From Oopsacas minuta (taxonomy: Eukaryota; Animalia; Porifera): DNA of 64,000 bases. The stretch is taken from the NCBI GenBank assembly GCA_024704765.1, contig JAKMXF010000318.1:248001-312000 (forward strand), read 5' to 3'. The notes beneath the pieces were generated by a model. It ran no database searches and was not told where the DNA came from. It was given only the letters and a program-made list of their open reading frames with translations. The position numbers were made by a program, and so were the translations under genes. Positions within the stretch are counted from its first letter, which is position 1, and each line of letters begins with the position of its first letter. Shown here piece by piece: positions 10,068 through 20,517 of this stretch.

Positions 10068-12071
10068 ATGTTAGAAAAGATAATCTTCCATCCATACTCA
10101 CTCGTGCTTATTGCCTCAGCAGTATTGGTTTATGTAATCGCGAATTTCGTTAAAAACCGTTCCTCTCCTGCTCCCCCTGTCTCTCTTCCTGTCCCTACAA
10201 CACCTCGGACTATGGTAATAGCCTACGGTACACAGACAGGAACAAGTAGAACATTAGCTAACAATCTAGCTGCTATTTGCCGTAGAGATAACATATCTCA
10301 TAGAGTATCTTCTCTATCAACTAAGGAATGTCCTAATCCTGATGATTTCCTGTTACAGTGTGTATCAGATGAATCTTTATTGGTTATTATACTCTCTACA
10401 TATGAAGAAGGTATGCCTCCAGACGAGGTAAAATGGTTTTATACCTGGTTACAGGACGCTAGTCAGGACCATCGTGTTTCTAGAATATTCCTCCAGCGTT
10501 TGCACTACTGTGTGTTTGGTATAGGCCACTCCGTGTATGGATTAGATAGGTTTTGCACTGCAGGCAGACAGATAGACGAATGGTTAGCTTCTCTCTCAGC
10601 TAAGCGTCTACTCCCATTCAATACAGGAGATCAGGATGTAACTGCTAGTCTATACGGAGGGGTGGAACAGGATTTCAATGTGTGGTCAATTCAGTTGCTA
10701 CGAGCTTGCATGCCTCTGCTTAATACTAAATCTACAGTATTAGAGGGATTTGATGAGAGTGTGTTTGAATCTAAGTTATCTCATAAAACTAAACCTGTTC
10801 CTGCAGTAGAAGATATCTATGAGAGTAGTAGTAGTAGTGATTCAGAGCCAGACATAGCAGACTTAGAAGATATGGGAGATAGCATAGAGAATTCTATCAA
10901 ACCTAAAACTACCAGTAAAGAGCCTAGAGCTATGCTTACCCCGTTATTAAGACAGAGTCTTACTAAACAGGGGTATAAGCTGGTAGGAACTCACTCTGGA
11001 GTAAAGCTATGTCGCTGGACTAAGAGCATGCTAAGAGGGAGAGGAGGTTGTTATAAACACACTTTCTATGGGATAGAGAGTCACAGATGTATGGAGACAA
11101 CACCCTCATTGGCTTGTGCAAATAAATGCGTGTTCTGCTGGCGTCATCATACTAATCCTGTAGGAACTGAATGGAAATGGTTAATGGATCCGCCTGACTT
11201 GGTTATTGACGGTGCAATAGAAAACCATCATAAGCTAATTAACCAGTATAAGGGAGTTCCTGGAGTTAAGTCGGATAGATTGGCTGAGGCAATGGCTATA
11301 AGACACTGTGCTTTATCTCTTGTGGGAGAGCCTATAATGTACCCGGAGATTAATGCGTTTATTGGGATGTTGCATGAAAGAAGAATTTCATCTTTTCTAG
11401 TCACTAATGCTCAGTTTCCAGAACTCATTCATAACTTAACGCCTGTAACACAGCTATATGTGAGTGTTGATGCCGCGAGTGAGGGTAGTTTGAAGCTGAT
11501 AGATCGTCCACTTTTTCGCGATTTTTGGCCGCGTTTTGTTGATAGTTTGAGGGCTCTGTCAGACAAAGGGCAGAGAACTGTATACCGACTCACCCTAGTC
11601 AAGGAGTGGAATTCCGAAGAAATACAGGGGTATGCCAAGTTGGTATCACTAGGGAAACCGGATTTTATCGAGATTAAGGGTGTTACTTTCTGCGGAAATT
11701 CTGACGCTAGTAGCTTGACGATGAAAAATGTACCTTGGCATGAAGAAGTGATTGGGTTCAGTCGTTTATTAGCTGAATATCTGCCGGATTACGATCTTGC
11801 TTGTGAACATGAACATTCCAATTGTATACTTATAGCGCATCGGAAATTCTTCATTGATGGGGAGTGGTGTACTTGGATCGATTATGACAGGTTCCTAGAT
11901 CTTATTAGTAAATATGAAGTCGATAACGTCAACACTCATTTCAACTCTATGGATTATTTAGTTGTTACACCTGCTTGGGCTGTGTTCGGTAACGATAAGA
12001 GAGGATTTGATCCTGATGAACAGAGGGTGAGCAAGAAGAGACCGAGTAAGAAGGATAATTCTGGGTGTTAA
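10068..12071 (+). CDS. TYW1: tRNA 4-demethylwyosine synthase (flavodoxin + radical SAM)
   Basis: N-terminal TM, YGTQTGTS flavodoxin loop, KLCRWTK, CANKCVFC radical-SAM motif, SLVGEP, ends SGC. Confidence 0.96.
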   Translation: MLEKIIFHPYSLVLIASAVLVYVIANFVKNRSSPAPPVSLPVPTTPRTMVIAYGTQTGTSRTLANNLAAICRRDNISHRVSSLSTKECPNPDDFLLQCVSDESLLVIILSTYEEGMPPDEVKWFYTWLQDASQDHRVSRIFLQRLHYCVFGIGHSVYGLDRFCTAGRQIDEWLASLSAKRLLPFNTGDQDVTASLYGGVEQDFNVWSIQLLRACMPLLNTKSTVLEGFDESVFESKLSHKTKPVPAVEDIYESSSSSDSEPDIADLEDMGDSIENSIKPKTTSKEPRAMLTPLLRQSLTKQGYKLVGTHSGVKLCRWTKSMLRGRGGCYKHTFYGIESHRCMETTPSLACANKCVFCWRHHTNPVGTEWKWLMDPPDLVIDGAIENHHKLINQYKGVPGVKSDRLAEAMAIRHCALSLVGEPIMYPEINAFIGMLHERRISSFLVTNAQFPELIHNLTPVTQLYVSVDAASEGSLKLIDRPLFRDFWPRFVDSLRALSDKGQRTVYRLTLVKEWNSEEIQGYAKLVSLGKPDFIEIKGVTFCGNSDASSLTMKNVPWHEEVIGFSRLLAEYLPDYDLACEHEHSNCILIAHRKFFIDGEWCTWIDYDRFLDLISKYEVDNVNTHFNSMDYLVVTPAWAVFGNDKRGFDPDEQRVSKKRPSKKDNSGC

Positions 12072-12179
12072 ATTTATTAGTATACAAACTTAATGATTTC
12101 CTAAAATTTCTATATTATCTTCCTATGCTTTTTGCTTTCAAATATCTCACTATATAAATACAATATTTCTAGTTTATCA

Positions 12180-13634
12180 ATGCATACATTTCCTGTGATT
12201 ATATTCGCAGTATTGGTTCGTTGGTGTCTCTCATTATGGAAATATTCAGGAGAAGCAATCCCTCCCATGTTTGGGGATTTTGAAGCACAAAGACACTGGA
12301 TGGAGATCTGCTATCACCTACCTCCCTCTCAATGGTATGCCAATTCAACTAGCAACAATTTACTGTACTGGGGACTAGACTATCCACCGTTGACTGGCTA
12401 TCATAGTTATGTGTGCGGTGCTGTAGCTCAGCTGATTGATTCGCAGTTTATAGCACTTAACACTTCTCATGGATTCGAGAGTTATAACTTGAAATTGTTT
12501 ATGCGTGCGACTGTTCTCACCTCAGACATATTAATCTACTTCTCTTCTACTTTTTTGTATGTTCGTACTCTCCTTTCACGTCATCCTACTACTCAGAGAT
12601 CTCTATTCTTTGCTCTACTATTATTGCCATCTGCTATCCTACTCATTGACTATTGTCATTTCCAATTCAATACAGTTAGTTTAGGTCTAGCCTTACTAGC
12701 TTATACAATGCTAGCTAATAGCTATGACGTAATAGGGTGTATATTCTTCAGTTTATCTCTAAACTACAAACAAATGGAGATATACCACGCTCTACCATTC
12801 TTTTGCTATCTGTTAGGCAGGGCTTTTAAGACAAGATACGAATATATAGTATTTTATGCGATTTCTGTCATAGTTACGTTTGTTGTCATTTGGTATCCAT
12901 TTCTTGATACAACTTCAAGTGCTGTACAAGTTTTAAAGAGAATATTCCCAATTGAACGAGGCTTGTTTGAAGATAAAGTAGCTAGTGTTTGGTGTGTACT
13001 TGACATCATAATTAAAATCAGGGTATTATTTTCACAGAAATATCTTGTGTATGTTTGTTTTGTATCTACGATTATAGCACTTCTTCCTTCGTGCATTCAT
13101 TTGATTAGAAAACCGACAATTCACAACTTAATGCTATCTCTAGCTAATTCTTCCCTAACTTTCTTCCTGTTCTCATTCCATGTTCATGAGAAATCAATCC
13201 TCCTAGCTGTATTACCAGCTACTTTTCTCCTTCCATTTTATCCTTATGTTATGAACTGGTTTATTGCGATTGCATCGTTTAGTTTATTCCCTCTACTTCA
13301 ACGAGAAGGCAACATTATCCCTGCTCTCTCAATGACGATCATGTTCTACCATATTGCCAATGAATTTCTCTTCAAAACAAGTGTGATATCACTACCTATG
13401 AAACACACACATATACTGAGTATGATAGGGTGTATGATACTATCAGTACTTCCTCTTGTCCAGCAGCCTCCTACGCACTTGCCTGACTTGTGGGCTGTGC
13501 TTAACGCGGGATATTGCTGTGTACACTTCTGTGGGTTTTTATACTACTTCCATTATTTGCAGTTTACTTCACATAGAAAGAAGTTTATTGATACAAAAGG
13601 AGCTCTTATATTAAAACCCATAAAGACTGAATAA
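12180..13634 (+). CDS. ALG6: Dolichyl-PP-Man9GlcNAc2 alpha-1,3-glucosyltransferase
   Basis: PPMFGDFEAQRHWMEI, YWGLDYPPLT, NYKQMEIYHALPFF, RGLFEDKVA, FHVHEKSILL; ATG at 12180 preferred. Confidence 0.95.
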   Translation: MHTFPVIIFAVLVRWCLSLWKYSGEAIPPMFGDFEAQRHWMEICYHLPPSQWYANSTSNNLLYWGLDYPPLTGYHSYVCGAVAQLIDSQFIALNTSHGFESYNLKLFMRATVLTSDILIYFSSTFLYVRTLLSRHPTTQRSLFFALLLLPSAILLIDYCHFQFNTVSLGLALLAYTMLANSYDVIGCIFFSLSLNYKQMEIYHALPFFCYLLGRAFKTRYEYIVFYAISVIVTFVVIWYPFLDTTSSAVQVLKRIFPIERGLFEDKVASVWCVLDIIIKIRVLFSQKYLVYVCFVSTIIALLPSCIHLIRKPTIHNLMLSLANSSLTFFLFSFHVHEKSILLAVLPATFLLPFYPYVMNWFIAIASFSLFPLLQREGNIIPALSMTIMFYHIANEFLFKTSVISLPMKHTHILSMIGCMILSVLPLVQQPPTHLPDLWAVLNAGYCCVHFCGFLYYFHYLQFTSHRKKFIDTKGALILKPIKTE

Positions 13635-13735
13635 TCTATGTTGTGTAAGCTATTTGTTTAATTATGAATGAGATACTTACATGCGTTTTGATGTACAATA
13701 ATTTCAAAATGTAGTTACTGTAGAGTTTGTAAGAT

Positions 13736-14662
13736 ATGGTACAAGTTGACACTTATAATAGATGCCTAGATGCTTGGATAGAGAGATTGCATAAATGCCA
13801 ACCCCTTGAAGAGAAGCATGTAAAAATACTTTGTGAGAAAGCAAAAGAAATACTCTCCAAGGAATCCACGGTTCAAGAGGTGAAGTGTCCTGTTACTGTA
13901 TGTGGAGATGTACACGGACAGTTCTATGACTTGATGGAGCTGTTTCGCATCGGAGGAGGTAGTCCTAACACTAACTATCTCTTCATGGGAGATTACGTAG
14001 ATCGTGGCTATTACTCAGTAGAGACTGTGAGTCTGTTGGTATGTCTAAAGACCAGATATCCACAACGTGTTACTATTCTACGTGGAAACCATGAATCTCG
14101 TCAGATTACACAGGTATACGGATTCTATGATGAGTGTTTGAGAAAATACGGGAATCCAAACGTGTGGAAATATTTCACTGATCTATTTGACTATCTTCCT
14201 CTAACAGCACTGGTAGAAGGACAGATATTCTGTCTACACGGTGGTCTATCTCCTTCTATAGATACACTAGACCATATTCGTAGTCTAGATCGTATACAGG
14301 AAGTACCACATGAAGGTCCAATGTGTGACCTACTTTGGAGTGACCCAGATGACCGCTGTGGATGGGGCATTGGTTGGGGAAGTGGGTACACATTTGGACT
14401 GGACATATCAGAACAATTCAATCACTTAAATGGACTAACACTGATATCACGTGCTCATCAGCTGGTCATGGAAGGGCATAACTGGTGCCACGAGAAACGT
14501 GTAGTCACTATTTTCAGCGCGCCAAACTACTGTTATCGCTGTGGCAACCAAGCTGCGTTCTTGGAATTCGATGAACAGATGAATAACAAATGTACACAGT
14601 TTTTAGCTGCTCCTAGAATTCCTGATCAGTTACCACCTAAACCTATTACAAAATATTTCTAA
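13736..14662 (+). CDS. PP2A catalytic subunit paralogue, divergent copy
   Basis: GDVHG, GDYVDRG, GNHE, HGG, RAHQ and YCYRCG are present; WGIGWGSG replaces WGISPRGAG; ends ITKYF rather than DYFL. Confidence 0.9.
   Translation: MVQVDTYNRCLDAWIERLHKCQPLEEKHVKILCEKAKEILSKESTVQEVKCPVTVCGDVHGQFYDLMELFRIGGGSPNTNYLFMGDYVDRGYYSVETVSLLVCLKTRYPQRVTILRGNHESRQITQVYGFYDECLRKYGNPNVWKYFTDLFDYLPLTALVEGQIFCLHGGLSPSIDTLDHIRSLDRIQEVPHEGPMCDLLWSDPDDRCGWGIGWGSGYTFGLDISEQFNHLNGLTLISRAHQLVMEGHNWCHEKRVVTIFSAPNYCYRCGNQAAFLEFDEQMNNKCTQFLAAPRIPDQLPPKPITKYF
13829..14361 (+). repeat. 533-nt direct repeat, identical to 15014-15546 (PP2A core)
   Basis: Line-by-line comparison found no mismatch at offset 1185; a second identical 50-nt block is 14507-14556 = 15695-15744. 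Confidence 0.9.
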
Positions 14663-14793
14663 TACTTGTATATTTTTGTTTATTACTTTCAATTCTTATT
14701 TATAAATAGAAAACACACCTTCGACAAATGCTATAATTACACACTGGGTTTGGTTAACTAGAATGAGGAGGTGTGTTGATCATAGGTTGCTCT

Positions 14794-14807
14794 TATTGAC
14801 GTCAATA
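14794..14807. promoter_or_regulatory. 14-bp palindrome TATTGACGTCAATA containing a full CRE, about 115 nt upstream of PP2A copy 2
   Basis: Exact TGACGTCA at 14797-14804 in intergenic DNA; function inferred only. Confidence 0.4.
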
Positions 14808-14920
14808 TACTGGGTATCATATTGTATTTATATTTGGTAGAGTGTTGATGCAACTATATTATATCAAATTTCTAGTAAATTACGTGCCTTTGTATATTGA
14901 AATTTAATTAGTGCATTATA

Positions 14921-15853
14921 ATGGTAGAAGATCGTGTTTGGGCCAGTTCGCTCGATGGTTGGATTGAGAAATTGCAGAATTGCCAGTTTCTAGATGAGAA
15001 GGATGTAAAAACTCTTTGTGAGAAAGCAAAAGAAATACTCTCCAAGGAATCCACGGTTCAAGAGGTGAAGTGTCCTGTTACTGTATGTGGAGATGTACAC
15101 GGACAGTTCTATGACTTGATGGAGCTGTTTCGCATCGGAGGAGGTAGTCCTAACACTAACTATCTCTTCATGGGAGATTACGTAGATCGTGGCTATTACT
15201 CAGTAGAGACTGTGAGTCTGTTGGTATGTCTAAAGACCAGATATCCACAACGTGTTACTATTCTACGTGGAAACCATGAATCTCGTCAGATTACACAGGT
15301 ATACGGATTCTATGATGAGTGTTTGAGAAAATACGGGAATCCAAACGTGTGGAAATATTTCACTGATCTATTTGACTATCTTCCTCTAACAGCACTGGTA
15401 GAAGGACAGATATTCTGTCTACACGGTGGTCTATCTCCTTCTATAGATACACTAGACCATATTCGTAGTCTAGATCGTATACAGGAAGTACCACATGAAG
15501 GTCCAATGTGTGACCTACTTTGGAGTGACCCAGATGACCGCTGTGGGTGGGGGATATCCCCTAGGGGAGCTGGTTACACGTTTGGACAGGACATATCCGA
15601 TAACTTCAATCACAATAACGCTCTTACACTCATAACACGCGCTCATCAGCTTGTCATGGAAGGGTATAACTGGTGCCATGAGAAACATGTAGTTACTATT
15701 TTCAGCGCGCCAAACTACTGTTATCGCTGTGGCAACCAAGCTGCACTCATGGAATTAGATGACGTACTAAAGTACACATTCTTACAGTTCGACCCAGCCC
15801 CGAGACGTGGGGAACCTCTGGTGACAAGACGTATTCCTGACTACTTCCTATGA
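14921..15853 (+). CDS. PPP2CA: PP2A catalytic subunit, canonical copy
   Basis: All PPP motifs, [23 protein letters not shown]-terminal RRIPDYFL; alpha/beta distinction not meaningful here. Confidence 0.95.
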   Translation: MVEDRVWASSLDGWIEKLQNCQFLDEKDVKTLCEKAKEILSKESTVQEVKCPVTVCGDVHGQFYDLMELFRIGGGSPNTNYLFMGDYVDRGYYSVETVSLLVCLKTRYPQRVTILRGNHESRQITQVYGFYDECLRKYGNPNVWKYFTDLFDYLPLTALVEGQIFCLHGGLSPSIDTLDHIRSLDRIQEVPHEGPMCDLLWSDPDDRCGWGISPRGAGYTFGQDISDNFNHNNALTLITRAHQLVMEGYNWCHEKHVVTIFSAPNYCYRCGNQAALMELDDVLKYTFLQFDPAPRRGEPLVTRRIPDYFL

Positions 15854-16114
15854 CGTCATAATTTACATCTAATAAGATAATGTGTGTTTAGGAGTTAGTA
15901 TAGATTGTAACACTGAATGAAGCATGTTATAATTAACTATTTACCCCTCTAACTGTCTCGTAATGTTGTTTTGTGAACAATTATCTTGGTCTGTAACCGA
16001 GTAGAACTGTCATAAACAAGTAATATTTTAAGAGAAATAAATTATGTATAATATATTTATTAGTTATTTTTAGATTATCATAAACATATATTTTGATTAT
16101 TCTCTTAGCCAGTT

Positions 16115-17161
16115 ATGTCATACAACTACTCTCAGGATCCTACCTACGGTACTCCAGCTCCGACCCTGTATTCCAATCCCGTTCCTACTTACGTCCCTCC
16201 TGTACCCATGTACAACCCTGCTCCTATTTATGATCCTACTCCTCAACCCATTTATAACCCAGCTCCATCTCAATACACCCCAGAACCTACCTTCGATAAC
16301 ACACAATATCAGAATTCTTATCAACCACCAAAACAGGATTATATGGACTATTCAACTAATACTCAGAGTAGTTATGAATTTGATTATCAACAACAACAAC
16401 CACAGTATCAACAGCATTCCATACAACCACATATGTTCCTAGGACAGATGGCTTCTAACTTATCCGGTGATACTTTAGCTACTACAGCTCTACAATATGG
16501 CCCTACTCTAGCAGCTTCTGGAAAGCAATTCCTAGACAATAAGCTTGATAGTTTCACCTCAGATAGCAGAGGTGTGTATAAGAGCTATTGGGACGTAGAT
16601 ACCACCTACGTATTGAAGAAGCTAGCTTATCTACTGGTACCATTTTCTTATGATACCTCAGATAGCTTCACTCCCTCTCCCTCTACTCGCTCTCTCAATG
16701 CACCAGATCTATACATACCCTCTATGTCATTTGTAACATACATCCTTATGGTAGGTTATGTGCTAGGCACTCAGGGTAGATTTGCTCCTAACTTATTAGG
16801 TATCACAGGAACCTCTGCATTAATATGGCTGTCAATTGAGATAAGTATTTCCTTGGTAGCAACTTATCTTACTGGAATGTATTCTTCAGGCTTATGGCAC
16901 CGTTTGTGTGTATTGAGTGGATATAAGTTCTTCTATATGGTGTGTTGTATTGGAGTATTTGGTGTCCTTGGTGCTTTTGGCTATTATATCAGTTTCCTGT
17001 TAACTGCATTATCCAGCATTTTATTCACAGTTAACAGTCTTAAAAGTGTATTTGACGCTCAGCTAAACTCTCCTAACAAACTATACCTTAATATCGCGAT
17101 AGCTCTTATACAGCCTCTGATGGTATACTGGTTAACATGGCATCTAGTGCATTACACGTGA
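16115..17161 (+). CDS. YIF1: YIF1 family ER-Golgi membrane protein with a Pro/Tyr/Gln-rich N-terminal extension
   Basis: YWDVDTTYVLKKL..LLVPF, NAPDLYIPSMSFVTYIL, LSGYKF, multiple TM helices. Confidence 0.9.
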   Translation: MSYNYSQDPTYGTPAPTLYSNPVPTYVPPVPMYNPAPIYDPTPQPIYNPAPSQYTPEPTFDNTQYQNSYQPPKQDYMDYSTNTQSSYEFDYQQQQPQYQQHSIQPHMFLGQMASNLSGDTLATTALQYGPTLAASGKQFLDNKLDSFTSDSRGVYKSYWDVDTTYVLKKLAYLLVPFSYDTSDSFTPSPSTRSLNAPDLYIPSMSFVTYILMVGYVLGTQGRFAPNLLGITGTSALIWLSIEISISLVATYLTGMYSSGLWHRLCVLSGYKFFYMVCCIGVFGVLGAFGYYISFLLTALSSILFTVNSLKSVFDAQLNSPNKLYLNIAIALIQPLMVYWLTWHLVHYT

Positions 17162-17340
17162 AGGGAGGGTAGTATTTGTTTCTTATATATCAATGCAATT
17201 GAATTAGGTGTGTGTTAATTGTTCTTATATATATTCAATTAATTCATATTTGCATTCTTTATAAGTAAGGCCAGTTCTACCCTGGCAACCATCTTTTACA
17301 TAAAATATGTAAATTTTATAATTTTTATAACAGCTGTTTT

Positions 17341-18399
17341 ATGAGCCCAGTGCGTATAAAGAGAAGATATATCATATTAGTGGTGGGTGTGGGCCTAATA
17401 ATACTCTTTGCAGTTACGCAATTTCGGTGTTACGAATCCAGTGATGATACAAACTATGATATCTTGAAATTTGAAAGGGAATTAATAGCTAGGAACTTTC
17501 TCATAGAGCTGTTGAACGATATAGACACAAAAGATGATTCTTATAACAGTGACGTAATAGAATTAATTGATAGGGTGACGCAATGGAATGTGAATCATGA
17601 TATAATGAGGCAGATAATATTCGTGGGCGGTGTCCCGAGGAGTGGAACTACTCTAATGCGAGTGTTATTAGACGCACATAAGAATATTTCATGTGGTCAA
17701 GAGACAAGGATCATTCCTCGTATTTTGAAGATGATATCTCAATGGAATAAATCGAGTAAAGAAGTGCAGAGATTGGATGAAGCTTCTCTAGATGAGAATG
17801 CGATTAATAGAGTAATGGGTGTTATGTTTATGCAAATATTTCGCGAGCAGTCTGAAGGCACACCTGAACACTTCTGTAACAAAGATCCTTTCAATTTAGC
17901 ACACATACACGATTTAGAGAATATTTTTCCAAACGCGAAATTTATTTTAATGATTCGTGACGGAAGAGCAGTAACACATTCCATCACGACACGAGGTGTT
18001 ACAATTTCCGGTGTAGATATTAGAAGTGAAGAAAAGGTTCTTGGTTTCTGGAACTCAGCCTGTGAAAACATGATACGTGAATGTTCTTATATAAATCATA
18101 AATACGCACACCCCCACTGTTTAGAGGTATTCTATGAAAAATTGATAAGTGATACGGAGAGAGAGCTAAAACGAGTATTCACATTCTTGGATATAACCTG
18201 GGATAATAGGATATTACACCACGAACAATTGGTAGATAACGGGGGAATAAAGTTATCTAAATTGGAACCTTCTAGCAAGCAAGTATCTAAAGCTATTTAT
18301 AACGAATCTCTTTATAAATGGAGATCAGAACTATCTCCACGGTTTTTAGTAAAAGCTCACGAATCAGCGCCTTTATTAGCACGACTCGGCTACACATAA
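17341..18399 (+). CDS. TPST: Protein-tyrosine sulfotransferase
   Basis: Type II signal anchor; IFVGGVPRSGTTLMRVLLDAH, CGQETRIIP, CNKDPF, MIRDGRA, YEKL. Confidence 0.93.
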   Translation: MSPVRIKRRYIILVVGVGLIILFAVTQFRCYESSDDTNYDILKFERELIARNFLIELLNDIDTKDDSYNSDVIELIDRVTQWNVNHDIMRQIIFVGGVPRSGTTLMRVLLDAHKNISCGQETRIIPRILKMISQWNKSSKEVQRLDEASLDENAINRVMGVMFMQIFREQSEGTPEHFCNKDPFNLAHIHDLENIFPNAKFILMIRDGRAVTHSITTRGVTISGVDIRSEEKVLGFWNSACENMIRECSYINHKYAHPHCLEVFYEKLISDTERELKRVFTFLDITWDNRILHHEQLVDNGGIKLSKLEPSSKQVSKAIYNESLYKWRSELSPRFLVKAHESAPLLARLGYT

Positions 18400-18549
18400 T
18401 AAATCATATTTTACTCGAACACATAATCCTCAGATGAGCAGCAGTAATGACTTAGACTGTATATATGTTGTATAATGTGTAACAATAATATTTGTGTATA
18501 TCGTTAATCTTAATTTTTGTTTATTAATCTGTTTGAATACACAACTAGA

Positions 18550-19043
18550 ATGGCTAAATTTATCCAGAAAGCTAAGTCTAGATTCCACTTCGCTACACAG
18601 GGAGGATCTGGTACTGTACTCGGTGCTTCGAGTGACCCAAAATCTCCTCAACCTCAACTTCCTTCTCCTGTCACTACTCAGCCTGCAGCTAGACCGTAAG
18701 TTAATATACTTACCTAAGCTTATGTATTATTGCTATTCCTTGTGTTATTATAGAGAGAGCAGTTCTTCTAAAACAGCTGGAGAAGCTGCCTTAGCTCGCT
18801 ACGAGAATAAAACCACAGGACAGAAACCACGACCTGTTACTACGAGCTCGGGTCCGGTTGCTAGGAAAGAGATAGGAATGTTGAGGGAAGCTAGAAGAGA
18901 AATAGAGAGAGAGAAGCCTCCTCAAGATAACACAGATAAAGTAGCAGTTAAGATAGCTAAGAAATTAACAATAGATCAATCTAATGAGCCTGTTAGAAGT
19001 ACTGTAGGAACAGCTAGGGTACTCGTTGATTGTCCTCTAACAG
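18550..19043 (+). CDS. UBXN6: UBXN6/UBXD1 exons 1-2 (18550-18695, 18754-19043)
   Basis: MAKFIQKAK start, VIM-like AGEAALARYE, ends VLVDCPLT-G; 58-nt phase-2 GT-AG intron; donor CAG|GTTAG at 19044. Confidence 0.85.
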
Positions 19044-19137
19044 GTTAGCTAATAGTAATACCATTATGCTCTACATAGGTGGATAACTAATATGGCAGAT
19101 AACTATTCGTATGCTTTTAGTAAGAATTAGAGTTTAA

Positions 19138-20397
19138 ATGTCTGAATTGACTCATCGCATAAAATCTATGGATAAAGCTACCAAGCCTGAGCCTCAAGCA
19201 GGAGAGAGGATACCTACTAATCCAGTAGTATCTAATTGCTCTGTGTGTATGAAAATACTCATTTCTCTCCTTGTTGTTATCGTATCAATCATAATCGCCA
19301 TTCCTTCTCCTATTTCTCCTGTCTCTTATACTCTTTCTGCTGCTAATCCCAATCTATCAGATGACGTTACCAATATCCTTAAAGTATCTGAGAAGATTCA
19401 TCTACCAGGCTGTGAGTCTGTTGTAATAGACTCTAACGGATATATATACACAGGGACTTATAACGGATTGGTTGTACAGATATCTCCTGATTTCTCTGAA
19501 GTCAGACCCCTGATACGTACAGGCTCTGCTCCTGTAGACGATGATAAGTGTAATAATAGCTCTCTAGCTGATAACGTCACTGATTGTGGGAAGGTTATGG
19601 GAGTTCGTATGCTGAATGAAGATACTCTGATTGTGGTAGATTCTATGTATGGAATATTCTCTATTTCTATAAAACTCAAGTCTAAGACCCTTCTATTCGA
19701 TCTCAAGAATCAACCTGAGTACCTAGACATACCTATAATTCTCCCAAACAGTGTAGTTATACTACCAGATGATAACAGTTTATTATTCACTGATTCTTTC
19801 ACTAAATTTACTCAAAAGAGAGGCATACTTGCTTTAATAGAACACGGCACAGATGGTAGAGTGTACAAATATGATTTTAACACGCGGAAAGTAACACTTT
19901 TCCTCTCAAACTTACACTTCCCTAACGGAATAGAGCTCCATAGAGACGGAGAATCAATCTTAATAGCAGAATTCTCTATTTGTCGTATAATTCGTTATTA
20001 CTACAGAGGAAATAAGAAAGGGACGACAGAGATATTCAGTGACAACTTTATTGGGGTACCGGACAATATCCAGAGGGCGAGAGGGAGTGGGTATTGGGTA
20101 GGGGTCCCCTTAGAACGAGATAATGTGTATGACGTAATGCTTAAGTACCCAATAATAGGATCTCTTATAACTAAGCTATTTGATGCTGAATTCCTTGAAA
20201 AACAAACTACTACTAATTTTGGGAAGGGGATTGCTGTGAAGTTGAGTGAGGAGGGGGAGATGTTAGAATTCGTGTATGATCCCGAAGGGGAACATGCCTA
20301 TTTCGTCACCGAGGCTGTAGACAGTGATAATGGATTCCTATACTTCGCTTCATTCTCAGGGGACTATTTCGTACGAACCTCGTATCCTATTCAATAA
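19138..20397 (+). CDS. APMAP: Strictosidine-synthase-like / APMAP-like beta-propeller, nested on the same strand in UBXN6 intron 2
   Basis: N-terminal TM, GCESVV, CGKVMGVR, LPNSVV, FTDS, DGRVYKYD, LHFPNGIEL, GVPDNI. Confidence 0.8.
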   Translation: MSELTHRIKSMDKATKPEPQAGERIPTNPVVSNCSVCMKILISLLVVIVSIIIAIPSPISPVSYTLSAANPNLSDDVTNILKVSEKIHLPGCESVVIDSNGYIYTGTYNGLVVQISPDFSEVRPLIRTGSAPVDDDKCNNSSLADNVTDCGKVMGVRMLNEDTLIVVDSMYGIFSISIKLKSKTLLFDLKNQPEYLDIPIILPNSVVILPDDNSLLFTDSFTKFTQKRGILALIEHGTDGRVYKYDFNTRKVTLFLSNLHFPNGIELHRDGESILIAEFSICRIIRYYYRGNKKGTTEIFSDNFIGVPDNIQRARGSGYWVGVPLERDNVYDVMLKYPIIGSLITKLFDAEFLEKQTTTNFGKGIAVKLSEEGEMLEFVYDPEGEHAYFVTEAVDSDNGFLYFASFSGDYFVRTSYPIQ

Positions 20398-20517
20398 TAA
20401 TACGTATTAACATTTAGACAACACTAGAATGTGATTATCATGCTTTTTCGTTATTTTATATGTCTATATATAGTACAGTATGTTGTTGTGAATACTGTTT
20501 ATGAATTTATTTTATAG

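Noticed and set aside
14712-14777. 9-bp inverted repeat AACACACCT/AGGTGTGTT
   Set aside because: Short stem, long loop, no TSD; compatible with chance
13736-15853. PP2A copies as alternative exons of one gene
   Set aside because: Each has its own ATG, full domain and stop, with no splice sites needed
18494-18753. 5' part of the 184-aa ORF 18494-19048
   Set aside because: Read-through of upstream DNA, an alternative frame and the intron; only 18754-19043 is UBXN6 exon
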